Made by a program: the position numbers and the translations under genes. Below are positions 9,480 through 18,590 of a DNA stretch of 64,000 nucleotides, piece by piece; position 1 is the first letter of the stretch, and each line of letters starts with the position of its first letter. The notes beneath the pieces are model-generated. The model worked only from the letters and a program-made list of their open reading frames with translations. It was not told the DNA's origin and did not search any database. Origin of the DNA: Burkholderiales bacterium (GTDB lineage: Bacteria; Pseudomonadota; Gammaproteobacteria; Burkholderiales; Eutrophovitaceae); NCBI GenBank assembly GCA_035560005.1, contig DATMAN010000031.1, positions 1,656 through 65,655 of the forward strand, given 5' to 3'.

Positions 9480-11753
9480 ATGGACGAGCAGTTGCGCAGG
9501 GCCGCGCTCGACTATCACAGCAATCCCATCCCCGGAAAACTCTCGGTGACGCCGACCAAGGGCCTCACCAATCAGCGTGATCTCGCGCTGGCCTATTCTC
9601 CGGGCGTTGCCGCGGCGTGCAACGAGATCGTCGCTGATCCGGCCGCAGCGTCGCTCTACACGAGTCGCGGGAATCTGATCGGCGTCATCACCAACGGCAC
9701 CGCGGTGCTCGGCCTCGGCAACATCGGCCCGCTCGCCGGCAAGCCGGTGATGGAAGGCAAGGCGGTGCTTTTCAAGAAATTCGCCGGCATCGACGTGTTC
9801 GACATCGAAATCAACGAGCGCGACCCCGACCGGCTGGTGGACATCATCGCCAGCCTGGAACCGACCTTTGGCGGCATCAACCTCGAGGACATCAAGGCGC
9901 CCGAGTGCTTCGATGTGGAGCGCAAGCTGCGTGACCGCATGCGCATCCCCGTGTTTCACGATGACCAGCACGGCACCGCGATCATCGTCGGCGCAGCGGT
10001 GTTGAACGGCTTGAAGGTGGTCGGCAAGGACATCGGGAAGATCAGGCTCGTGTGTTCCGGCGCGGGCGCCGCGGCACTGGCCTGCCTTGATCTGCTGGTG
10101 AGCCTCGGGCTGGCGATGGAAAACATCGTCGTTGCCGACATCAAGGGCGTGGTCTACCGAGGCCGCACCGAGGAAATGGACGACAACAAGGCGCGCTATG
10201 CGAAGGACACCAGGGTGCGCACCCTCGCCGAAGCCATCGAGGGCGCGGATGTCTTTCTGGGGCTCTCGGCCGGCGGCGTGCTCAAGCCCGAGATGGTGAA
10301 GCGCATGGCGCGCAAGCCGCTGATCCTGGCGCTCGCCAACCCCGAGCCCGAGATCATGCCGGACGTCGCGAAAGCCGCGCGCCCGGACGCGATCATCGCC
10401 ACCGGACGTTCCGACTATCCCAACCAGGTCAACAACGTCCTGTGCTTTCCCTTCATCTTCCGCGGCGCGCTGGACGTGGGAGCGACCACCATCAACGAGC
10501 CCATGAAGCTCGCGGCGGTGCGCGCGCTCGCCGAGCTTGCGCAGGCCGAGCAGTCGGACATCGTGGCGATGGCCTATGGCGGAGAGGAGCTTCAGTTCGG
10601 CCCCGACTATCTGATCCCCAAGCCGTTCGACCCGCGGCTCATCATGCGGATTGCGCCTGCGGTGGCGCGGGCGGCGATGGAAAGCGGGGTGGCCACGCGC
10701 CCGATCCAGGATCTCGCTGCCTACCGCGATAGGCTCGCCCAGTTCGTCTACCACTCCGGCCTGATCATGAAGCCGGTATTCGCTGCGGCGAAGAAGAACC
10801 CGAAGCGGGTCGTGTTCTGCGAGGGCGAGGAAGAGCGCGTGCTGCGTGCCGTGCAGGTGGTGGTGGACGAGAGCCTGGCCAGGCCGATTCTGGTCGCGCG
10901 CCCCGAAGTGCTCAACCCGCGCATCGAGAAGTACGGGCTGCGGCTGCGCCCGGGGCGCGACTTCGAGCTGGTCAACCCGAACTCCGATCCGCGGTTTCGT
11001 GATTACTGGCAGGAGTACTACGGCATCATGCAGCGCAAGGGCGTGACGGTGGAGTACGCCAAGCGCGAGGTCACGCGCCGCACGACACTGATCGGCGCGC
11101 TCATGGTCCGGCGCGGAGACGCCGACGCCATGCTCTGCGGCACGATCGCGCAGTTCTCCGTGCACCTGGAGTACGTTTCGAACGTGATCGGGCGGCGCAA
11201 GGGCGTCAACCAGTTCGCAGCGATGAACATGCTCATCCTGCCCAAGCGCACGCTGTTCATCTGCGACACCTACGTCAACCACGATCCGGCCGCCGAGCAG
11301 ATCGCGGAGATCACCGTTCTGGCAGCCGAGGAGGTGATGAGATTCGGGATCGTGCCCAAGATCGCGCTGCTGTCGCACTCCAACTTCGGATCCTCGCGCG
11401 CGGCATCCGCCGCCAAGATGAGCCGGGCCGTGGAGATCCTGAACGAAAAGGCGCCGCACCTGGAAGTCGAAGGCGAGATGCACGGCGACGCGGCGCTCGA
11501 CGAGCAGATCCGGATGCGTATCTTCCCGAACTCCAGGCTCAAGGGCGGAGCCAACCTGCTCATCATGCCGAATCTGGACGCAGCCAACATTGCCTTCAAC
11601 CTCCTCAAGGTCACCGCCGGCGAAGGTATCACCATCGGTCCGATGCTGCTCGGTGCCGCCAAGCCGGTGCATATCCTCACGCCGACCGCGACGGTACGCC
11701 GGCTCGTGAACATGGCGGCGCTCGCATCGGTGGACGCAACTTCCGGCAAGTGA
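9480..11753 (+). CDS. maeB: NADP-dependent malic enzyme with C-terminal phosphotransacetylase-like domain
   Basis: 757 aa: LDYH..P.PGK..V.PTK...[14 protein letters not shown]...[15 protein letters not shown], plus a PTA-like C-terminal half. Confidence 0.95.
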   Translation: MDEQLRRAALDYHSNPIPGKLSVTPTKGLTNQRDLALAYSPGVAAACNEIVADPAAASLYTSRGNLIGVITNGTAVLGLGNIGPLAGKPVMEGKAVLFKKFAGIDVFDIEINERDPDRLVDIIASLEPTFGGINLEDIKAPECFDVERKLRDRMRIPVFHDDQHGTAIIVGAAVLNGLKVVGKDIGKIRLVCSGAGAAALACLDLLVSLGLAMENIVVADIKGVVYRGRTEEMDDNKARYAKDTRVRTLAEAIEGADVFLGLSAGGVLKPEMVKRMARKPLILALANPEPEIMPDVAKAARPDAIIATGRSDYPNQVNNVLCFPFIFRGALDVGATTINEPMKLAAVRALAELAQAEQSDIVAMAYGGEELQFGPDYLIPKPFDPRLIMRIAPAVARAAMESGVATRPIQDLAAYRDRLAQFVYHSGLIMKPVFAAAKKNPKRVVFCEGEEERVLRAVQVVVDESLARPILVARPEVLNPRIEKYGLRLRPGRDFELVNPNSDPRFRDYWQEYYGIMQRKGVTVEYAKREVTRRTTLIGALMVRRGDADAMLCGTIAQFSVHLEYVSNVIGRRKGVNQFAAMNMLILPKRTLFICDTYVNHDPAAEQIAEITVLAAEEVMRFGIVPKIALLSHSNFGSSRAASAAKMSRAVEILNEKAPHLEVEGEMHGDAALDEQIRMRIFPNSRLKGGANLLIMPNLDAANIAFNLLKVTAGEGITIGPMLLGAAKPVHILTPTATVRRLVNMAALASVDATSGK

Positions 11754-11915
11754 TGGTCCTGGCAGGTATTCACCGCGGCGGACTGGCGAGAAGCGTAATG
11801 ACGAACCACCAGGATCACGAGGGGCATCAAGAAAGACACGCCGCTGTGTGGAATCCCCTGGTGTTCTTGCCCTGGATGGTCAGTCTTGCTCGTTGTGGGG
11901 GTCTGGGAGACGAAG

Positions 11916-12629
11916 ATGGCAGCGATGGATAAACGCGTGGCCGTGGTGACCGGCGGCAACAAGGGCATCGGTTTCGAAATCTGCCGCCAGCTGGCGGCTA
12001 AAGGCCTGCGCGTGATGCTCACCAGCCGCCATCCCCTCAGGGGCGAAGAAGCCGCCAGCCGTCTCAAGGCCAACGGATTCGAGGTGCTGTTCCATCCGCT
12101 GGACGTGGACAGCGACGACAGCGTCGCCACCCTGCGGCGCTTCATCGAACAGGAAGTCGGGCGCGCCGATGTGCTGGTGAACAACGCCGGGGTCCTCATC
12201 GACAGCCGCTCCACCAGTGTGCTCAAGGAGCCGATCGAGACGTTCCGCAGAACGCTGGAGACAAACTTCTTCGGCGCGCTGCGCATGTGCCAGGCTATCG
12301 TGCCGCTGATGCGCCGCAACCGCTATGGGCGGATCGTCAACCTGTCGAGCGGGCTCGGCCAGCTCGAGGATATGGGCGATGGCACGCCCGCCTATCGGGT
12401 GTCCAAGGTGGCCTTGAACGCGCTGACACGAATGGTCAGCGTCGCGGTTCGCGGTGAGGATATTCTGGTCAACTCGATGTGTCCCGGCTGGGTACGCACT
12501 GACATGGGCGGACCAAACGCCAAGCGCAGCGTCGACCAAGGCGCGGAGACCGCGGTATGGCTGGCGATGCTGCCCCACGACGGGCCCACCGGCGGCTTCT
12601 TCCGCGACAAGCGGCCGATTGCCTGGTGA
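11916..12629 (+). CDS. SDR family oxidoreductase (carbonyl-reductase-like)
   Basis: [28 protein letters not shown]. The start was chosen at MAAMDKR. Confidence 0.85.
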   Translation: MAAMDKRVAVVTGGNKGIGFEICRQLAAKGLRVMLTSRHPLRGEEAASRLKANGFEVLFHPLDVDSDDSVATLRRFIEQEVGRADVLVNNAGVLIDSRSTSVLKEPIETFRRTLETNFFGALRMCQAIVPLMRRNRYGRIVNLSSGLGQLEDMGDGTPAYRVSKVALNALTRMVSVAVRGEDILVNSMCPGWVRTDMGGPNAKRSVDQGAETAVWLAMLPHDGPTGGFFRDKRPIAW

Positions 12630-12675
12630 GAAGGCCCTTCGCGGCATCTCTGTGCCTCTGTGGCGAGACAACTTC

Positions 12676-14076
12676 ATGACGGCGACGAGGATAGAACGAG
12701 ACACCTTCGGGGAAATCGAGGTGCCCGCCGAGCGGCTCTGGGGTGCGCAAACCCAGCGCAGTTTGCAGCACTTCCGCATCTCCGGCGAACGCATGCCCAC
12801 GGAACTGATCCGGGCGCTGGCGCTGGTCAAGCGTGCGTGTACCCGGGTCAACGTCGAGCTGGGTGTTCTCGACGCCCGCAAAGGCGAGGCGATTATCCAG
12901 GCGGCCGATGAGGTGATCGCCGGGCAGCACGATGCAGAATTTCCGCTGGTGGTCTGGCAAACCGGGTCGGGAACGCAGACCAACATGAACATGAACGAGG
13001 TGCTGGCGAATCGCGCCTGCGAACTGCTCGGTGCGCAACGGGGAGACAAGCGCGTCGTTCACCCCAACGACGACGTCAACCGGGGGCAGTCCTCCAACGA
13101 CATCTTCCCCACCGCCATGCACGTGGCCGCGGTGCGCGGGTTGCACGATTGGCTGGTTCCCAGCCTGCGTCGACTGCGGGATACGCTCGGCGCCAAAACC
13201 ACCGAGTTTGCGGACATCGTGAAGATCGGGCGCACCCATCTGCAGGACGCCACGCCGCTCACGCTCGGCCAGGAGTTCTCCGGCTACGTCTCGCAGCTCG
13301 AGCATGGTATCGCGCACGTGCAGGCTTCGCTGACACATCTGTGCGAGCTGGCGGTGGGAGGCACGGCCGTGGGCACCGGACTCAACGCCCATCCGGAGTT
13401 CGGCGAGCGGGTGGCGAAGCGGCTGGCGAAGGATACCGGCTTGCCGTTCGTGCCCGCGCGCAACAAATTCGAGGCGCTCGCAGCCAATGACGCGATCGTG
13501 CATGCGCACGGCGCGCTGAAGACGGTCGCCGCCTCGCTGATGAAGATCGCCAACGATATCCGCTGGCTGGCCTCCGGTCCGCGCTGCGGGATCGGCGAGA
13601 TCCGCATTCCGGAGAACGAGCCCGGCAGCTCCATCATGCCGGGCAAGGTGAATCCCACGCAGGCCGAGGCGCTCACCATGGCCTGCTGCCAGGTCTTCGG
13701 CAACGACGTCGCGATCAACGTCGGCGGCTCCATGGGCAATTTCGAACTCAACGTCTTCAAGCCGCTGCTCATTCACAACTTCCTGCAAAGCGTGCGCCTG
13801 CTGGCCGACGGCGCCGCGAGCTTCAACGACCACTGCGCGGCGGGGATCCAACCCGACCGCGAGCGCATCGAAGCGCTGGTGCGGCAATCGCTCATGCTGG
13901 TAACCGCGCTCACCCCCTACATCGGGTACGACAAGGCGGCGCAGATCGCCAAGAAGGCCCACGCGGAAGGGACCACGCTGAAGCAGGCGGCCCTTGACCT
14001 CGGCTACGTGACCGCGGAGCAGTTCGACCAGTGGGTCCGCCCGGAGGACATGGTCAAACCCGGCAGGCAATCCTGA
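12676..14076 (+). CDS. fumC: Class II fumarate hydratase
   Basis: ATG 12676, [29 protein letters not shown]...[13 protein letters not shown]. The upstream 74 codons of the track ORF overlap the preceding SDR gene and are not coding. Confidence 0.95.
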   Translation: MTATRIERDTFGEIEVPAERLWGAQTQRSLQHFRISGERMPTELIRALALVKRACTRVNVELGVLDARKGEAIIQAADEVIAGQHDAEFPLVVWQTGSGTQTNMNMNEVLANRACELLGAQRGDKRVVHPNDDVNRGQSSNDIFPTAMHVAAVRGLHDWLVPSLRRLRDTLGAKTTEFADIVKIGRTHLQDATPLTLGQEFSGYVSQLEHGIAHVQASLTHLCELAVGGTAVGTGLNAHPEFGERVAKRLAKDTGLPFVPARNKFEALAANDAIVHAHGALKTVAASLMKIANDIRWLASGPRCGIGEIRIPENEPGSSIMPGKVNPTQAEALTMACCQVFGNDVAINVGGSMGNFELNVFKPLLIHNFLQSVRLLADGAASFNDHCAAGIQPDRERIEALVRQSLMLVTALTPYIGYDKAAQIAKKAHAEGTTLKQAALDLGYVTAEQFDQWVRPEDMVKPGRQS

Positions 14077-14150
14077 GTGTAAAGGAAAGAACGATCCGAC
14101 TGAGAAGCGCTTGCTGCGACGCTGTCGAGCGGTCTTGCCGCGTTCGCGGG

Positions 14151-14181
14151 AAAACAAAAAGCCCCGCGCGAGGCGGGGCTT
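14151..14181 (-). terminator. Rho-independent terminator hairpin between convergent genes
   Basis: GCCCCGC-gcgag-GCGGGGC (14161-14179). Read on the minus strand it is followed by TTTTTGTTTT. It sits downstream of both the 81-aa gene and fumC. Confidence 0.7.
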
Positions 14182-14245
14182 GCTACAGGCGTGGACAGGC
14201 CGGATCCGAAGATTGCCGTACCGGCCTCCCCGGCCAGGTAAGAGG

Positions 14246-14491
14246 CTATTGGATGCCGAGAATCTTCATGGCCTTGGCCAGGGTGTTCACCGACTCCTGG
14301 TGCTTGCCGGCGTTGTGCAGCTTTTCACCTTCGGCGCGCAGTTTCTTGACCTCGGCGAGCTGCTCGGCGCTCAGACTGGGCTGTTTGGCGAGCGCTTCGT
14401 CGATCTTCTTCATGTCCATCGGGCAGTGCATCGCAAAGGCGCTGCCGGCGATGCCTAGCAGGGCGGCGGCGAGAAGATAACGCAGCTTCAT
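14246..14491 (-). CDS. Small secreted protein (81 aa) with Met/His/Cys-rich mature N-terminus
   Basis: Signal peptide MKLRYLLAAALLGIAGSAFA, then MHCPMDMKK..., followed by a helical Lys/Glu-rich body. A terminator lies downstream. Confidence 0.7.
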   Translation of the reverse strand: MKLRYLLAAALLGIAGSAFAMHCPMDMKKIDEALAKQPSLSAEQLAEVKKLRAEGEKLHNAGKHQESVNTLAKAMKILGIQ

Positions 14492-14702
14492 GATCGTTCC
14501 TCCTTCGTGGTTGGTATCGATGTCGTCGAGGCGGTTCCTGGCCGCACCCGGTAGACCGGCTCAGGCGCACTGTGGTTCCAGGTGCGTCGAAGAAGCATTG
14601 TAGCGCCGGCGCGCGGCCCCCGGCAGCGGCACGCCGGCGACAGGATCGCGAGCGACGGGCGCGGTAGAATGCAAGCCTCGTACCTGAATTCTTGCAATTT
14701 TC

Positions 14703-15320
14703 GTGTCCGTAACCAGGGAACTCCCGCTCACCCGCGAGTGGCTCGCGCAGCGGCTCCAGCGCAACATCGTTCTTCCGGACGATCCCGACTGCCCGCGCTA
14801 CGTTCATCCGCGCGGGCGGCAGCCCATTCCGGCGGCTGTCCTGATCCCGATCATCAACCATCGCACCAATCCGAGCGTGCTGCTCACTCAGCGCACCGAT
14901 CACTTGCACGATCACGCGGGTCAGATCAGCTTCCCGGGCGGCAGAGTTGACGAGGCAGACCCGGATCGCGCGTCGACCGCATTGCGGGAAGCCGAAGAGG
15001 AACTCGGGCTGCCGCGCAGCCGCATCGAGATCGTGGGGCGTCTGCCGGATTACGACATCATGACCGGCTTCCGGGTGACGCCGGTGGTGGGATGGATCGA
15101 GCCGCCCATCGAGCTGAAGCCAGACCGGTTCGAAGTCGCGGAAGTGTTCGAAGTGCCGTTGCGATTCTTCCTCGATCCCGCGAATCATCAGCGGCACCGG
15201 CGGGACATCCACGGAGTCCTGCGTCACTACTACGCGATGCCGTTCGGCCAGCGTTTTATCTGGGGCGCCACGGCGGGGATGCTGTTCACGCTCTATCAGG
15301 TTCTCAGCGCACGGGAGTAG
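14703..15320 (+). CDS. NUDIX hydrolase, CoA pyrophosphatase type
   Basis: GTG start. Contains LLTQRTDHLHDHAGQISFPGGRVDEADPDRASTALREAEEELGL (Nudix box preceded by the CoA-type motif). Confidence 0.85.
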   Translation: MSVTRELPLTREWLAQRLQRNIVLPDDPDCPRYVHPRGRQPIPAAVLIPIINHRTNPSVLLTQRTDHLHDHAGQISFPGGRVDEADPDRASTALREAEEELGLPRSRIEIVGRLPDYDIMTGFRVTPVVGWIEPPIELKPDRFEVAEVFEVPLRFFLDPANHQRHRRDIHGVLRHYYAMPFGQRFIWGATAGMLFTLYQVLSARE

Positions 15321-15675
15321 GTCCGGGCGCATGGCCAAGGTCCCTGTTGCCCCTGCGGTGGGCGTGCTGCAGGGGCATGAGAGCGACTTCAAGGATCATC
15401 TCTACAGGTACGAGGCCTTTGGCGGTACGGCGATTTCCGCGCGAGGAAACCATCCTGGATCTGCCCCGGGGTCTAGATCAATTGCGGCAGCCGCGGCTAT
15501 CTCGTCGGTATGGACCCGGGCGATGCGCTGCGAATGCCGGGCCCGGTGCCGGTGCGGGTGGGAGTGAAAGAGTCGTGACTGTCGTGACGATCGGGGTCAT
15601 CGGGGATCGACGTGCCTGCCTTGGGACCGTCGTGATCGCCGCGTAGTCTCGCGTCACGACACTCACACGACCGCA

Positions 15676-16008
15676 ATGCTCGAACTGGCCACTCTCGCGA
15701 TCTTTGTTCTAGCCGCCTGGTTCTGGGTGGACAGCATGCGCGCGCGCGAGGCAGCACTGGACGCCGGCCGACGCGCGTGCGCGGCGGAAGGGGTGCAGTT
15801 CCTCGACTGGACGGTGGCGATGAAGGCCATGCGGCTCGCCAGAGATGCCGAAGGGCGGCTGCGCGTTCGCCGTCTCTACGAGTTCGAGTTCAGCGATACC
15901 GGTGACAACCGACTGAAGGGCTCGATCATGCTGATCGGCGCCGAGCCCGTTGCCATTCACATGGCATCGCGCGAACCATCGCCTCACGGCGTGACCCGCC
16001 TGCATTAG
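15676..16008 (+). CDS. DUF3301 domain-containing protein
   Basis: MLELATLAIFVLAAWFWVDSMRAREAALDAGRRACAAEGVQFLDWTVAM...RLYEFEFSDTGDNR matches the DUF3301 pattern as I recall it. Confidence 0.7.
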   Translation: MLELATLAIFVLAAWFWVDSMRAREAALDAGRRACAAEGVQFLDWTVAMKAMRLARDAEGRLRVRRLYEFEFSDTGDNRLKGSIMLIGAEPVAIHMASREPSPHGVTRLH

Positions 16009-16094
16009 GCCTGCGGCAGCGAATGTCCATCGCATGGCGGCGTGCAATGGCCTGTGGCAACATGGACACCGGATTCCGGCCTGCGAGGAACATT

Positions 16095-16370
16095 ATGACC
16101 ATTGAACAGCACCGGGCGGAGCTCGAAATGCTGCGCGGAGAGATCGAGTTGCTGATGAGCGAGCGCCAGAGCCTGTTGCGGGCCGCAGGCGCAGCCGCGG
16201 TCTTCGTGGCACAACTGGACAGCTCCGTTCTTCCCGAGAACACTTATACCGCCGCCGATATCCTGGCGCATGCCCTGAACGCCTTGCGCGAGGATACGCT
16301 GAAAGACGCGCTCGAGATCGTGCGACCGGAGTTCGAAGGCGGCGCATCGGAGGAGGGCCGCGGCCGCTAG
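16095..16370 (+). CDS. Hypothetical small helical protein
   Basis: Start chosen at MTIEQHRAELEMLRGEIELLMSERQ. Coding-like codon bias. Ends 21 nt before the patatin gene. Confidence 0.55.
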   Translation: MTIEQHRAELEMLRGEIELLMSERQSLLRAAGAAAVFVAQLDSSVLPENTYTAADILAHALNALREDTLKDALEIVRPEFEGGASEEGRGR

Positions 16371-16391
16371 CGGGCCGCGGTGCATGGCCGC

Positions 16392-17597
16392 ATGGACGAG
16401 CGCGGGCCTCGTCCACTGACCGGCCTTGTGCTGACCGGGGGTGGTGCGCGCGCCGCGTACCAGGTCGGCGTGTTGCGCGCCTTGTCTCATATCCTGCCGC
16501 GCGGCTGCCCCAATCCGTTTCCCATCGTGTGTGGGACTTCGGCTGGCGCCATCAATGCCGCCGCGCTGGCCGCGTCGGCCACCGATTTTCATCGCGCGGT
16601 GCGTCGGTTGCTGCTCGTCTGGAAGCACTTCCACGCCGACATGGTGTACCGTGCGGACCCGTTCGGCGTGCTGAGCACCGGTCTGCGCTGGCTGAGCGCG
16701 TTGGTGGTGGGCGGGCTCGGCAAAAGCAACCCCCACTCCCTGCTGGACAATACCCCGCTGGTGCAGCTGCTCAACCAGCTGCTCGACCTGGACGGAATCC
16801 AGCACTCGATCGACGCCGGTGCGTTGCGGGCGGTGGCAGTCACGATGTCGGGGTACAGTTCCGGGCAGTCGGTTACCTTCTTCCAAGGAGTACCGGGGCT
16901 TGCTTCGTGGGAACGGGCGCGCCGCATCGGCGTGCCGGCCCGCATCGAGATCGACCATCTGCTGGCTTCCAGCGCGCTACCGTTCATATTTCCGGCGGTG
17001 CGCATCCACCGTGAGTATTTCGGCGACGGCTCGATGCGGCAGATCGCGCCGGTCAGCCCAGCGCTGCACCTGGGCGCCGATCGCGTGCTGGTCATCGGTG
17101 TCGGGCGCCAGTTGACGACCCACCCCGAACGGGTGCGAAGCGAGGGATATCCCTCGCTGGCGCAGATCGCCGGCCACGCGTTGAACAGCATCTTTCTCGA
17201 CACGCTGGAGGTCGATCTGGAACGCCTGCAGCGAATCAACCGCACCGTTAGCCTCATTCCAGCGGAGGAGAGACTGCGCAAAAATTTTCCGCTGCGGGAG
17301 ATCGAAACGCTGGTGATCCGGCCGTCGGTGGATCTGGATGTCATCGCTGGACGTTTCGTGCATACCCTGCCCAGGTCGATCCGCTGGCTCCTGCGCGGTC
17401 TGGGCGCGACCCGTCGCACCGGCGCGACGCTGACCAGCTATCTGCTGTTCGAGCGACCTTTCTGCCGGACATTGATCAACCTGGGCTACCGCGACACGAT
17501 GGCCCGCAGAGCTGAAGTGCAGAAGTTCATTACCTCTGACGGCGGCCGTCCGCTTCATTCGGATCCTCTGCGCCTCGAGCAGGAAGAGGGTCCCTGA
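16392..17597 (+). CDS. Patatin-like phospholipase family protein
   Basis: Oxyanion motif [13 protein letters not shown], nucleophile elbow GTSAGAIN, catalytic Asp motif FGDGSMRQ. An alternative GTG start lies at 16380. Confidence 0.9.
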   Translation: MDERGPRPLTGLVLTGGGARAAYQVGVLRALSHILPRGCPNPFPIVCGTSAGAINAAALAASATDFHRAVRRLLLVWKHFHADMVYRADPFGVLSTGLRWLSALVVGGLGKSNPHSLLDNTPLVQLLNQLLDLDGIQHSIDAGALRAVAVTMSGYSSGQSVTFFQGVPGLASWERARRIGVPARIEIDHLLASSALPFIFPAVRIHREYFGDGSMRQIAPVSPALHLGADRVLVIGVGRQLTTHPERVRSEGYPSLAQIAGHALNSIFLDTLEVDLERLQRINRTVSLIPAEERLRKNFPLREIETLVIRPSVDLDVIAGRFVHTLPRSIRWLLRGLGATRRTGATLTSYLLFERPFCRTLINLGYRDTMARRAEVQKFITSDGGRPLHSDPLRLEQEEGP

Positions 17598-17626
17598 GCG
17601 ACAGCCGTGGTGAAGATTTCAAGGAA

Positions 17627-18463
17627 ATGTCGGCGATGAAGCGGAAGGACGATCCGGCGGCCGAGGAGCTCGTTCGCCAGCACATCATCGAGCGCGAACC
17701 CTATTATCGCCAGGTCGACGACGAGGTTCGGCTTTTCGAGGCGGCCTATGTTGCACGCATGCCCATGATGCTGAAGGGCCCGACCGGGTGCGGGAAGACG
17801 CGCTTCGTCGAGTACATGGCGTGGAAGCTTGGCCGGCCCTTGGTGACGCTGGCCTGCAACGAAGACGTGACGGCATCCGATCTGGTCGGACGCTACCTGC
17901 TCGACGCCGGCGGTACGCGGTGGGTCGATGGTCCGCTCACGATCGCCGCGCGCTATGGGGCGATCTGCTATCTGGACGAGATCGTGGAGGCGCGCCAGGA
18001 CACGACGGTGGTCATCCACCCTCTCACCGACGCCCGTCGCGTGCTGCCGCTGGAGCGGAAGAACGAACTGGTGCGCGCGCATCGCGACTTCTACCTCGTG
18101 ATTTCCTACAACCCGGGCTACCAGAGCGTGCTGAAGGATCTGAAGCAATCGACCAGGCAGCGCTTCGGCGCGCTCGACTTTCACTATCCCCCGCGCGACA
18201 TCGAGATCGAGATCGTGGTGCACGAGTCGGGCTTGAACCCGGAACTGGCCGCCAAGCTGGTGTCCGTCGCCGAGCGCTCGCGCAATCTCAAGGGCCATGG
18301 TCTCGAGGAAGGCATCTCCACGCGCATGCTGATCCATGCCGGGTCGTTGATCGTTCAGGGGATCGACCCGGTTTCCGCCTGCCAGGTGGCGCTGGTGAAA
18401 CCCATCACCGACGACCCCGATGTGCGCGATGCGCTGTGTGCCGCGATTCTTGCCTGTTTCTAG
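17627..18463 (+). CDS. CbbQ/NirQ/NorQ/GvpN family AAA+ (MoxR-type) ATPase
   Basis: 278 aa. Walker [11 protein letters not shown], Walker [10 protein letters not shown], and [20 protein letters not shown], typical of NorQ/CbbQ. Confidence 0.9.
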   Translation: MSAMKRKDDPAAEELVRQHIIEREPYYRQVDDEVRLFEAAYVARMPMMLKGPTGCGKTRFVEYMAWKLGRPLVTLACNEDVTASDLVGRYLLDAGGTRWVDGPLTIAARYGAICYLDEIVEARQDTTVVIHPLTDARRVLPLERKNELVRAHRDFYLVISYNPGYQSVLKDLKQSTRQRFGALDFHYPPRDIEIEIVVHESGLNPELAAKLVSVAERSRNLKGHGLEEGISTRMLIHAGSLIVQGIDPVSACQVALVKPITDDPDVRDALCAAILACF

Positions 18464-18590
18464 GGAAGAGCACGGCGCAAAAACCGCACGGAGCGCAGAG
18501 ACGCAATTGCGAAGCCACGTGTTCCGAGCGACTGTTCGTCTGTTCTTGGTGTGCTTACCGTTTTGTTGCGTGTGACTTTTCTGTTGACTC
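18464..18590. repeat. Low-GC imperfect palindromic spacer (purine-rich left arm, T-rich right arm)
   Basis: CACGGAGCGCAGAGACGC...gaCTGTTCGTCTgttcttggtgtgcttaccgttttgttgcgtgtgac. The left arm resembles GGAGGACGCAGAGGACGC at 62.65 kb. CTGTTCGTCT is shared with 3.71 kb. Confidence 0.4.

Noticed and set aside
9357-11672. 771-aa ORF on the minus strand
   Set aside because: It lies entirely antisense to maeB, which has unmistakable malic-enzyme motifs. The translation is Arg/Gly/His/Asp-rich with no recognisable motifs. This is a typical shadow ORF in high-GC DNA.
15331-15567. 78-aa ORF with a Cys-rich tail (…RCECRARCRCGWE), considered as a possible RiPP precursor or leader peptide
   Set aside because: Codon usage deteriorates after ~30 codons (AGA, TCA, ATT, GGA, TCT). 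There is no RBS and no adjacent maturation enzyme. The Cys/Arg-rich tail is what CG-rich non-coding DNA translates to.
15565-15640. GUCGUGAC strings and a CCUGCCUUGGG stretch reminiscent of a ZTP (pfl) riboswitch core
   Set aside because: Only the octamer resembles the consensus as I recall it. The pseudoknot partner (CCGCCUGGGC-like) needs two insertions. No P1/P2 architecture is evident, and the downstream gene (DUF3301) is not a purine/folate gene. Treated instead as generic repeats (see finding).
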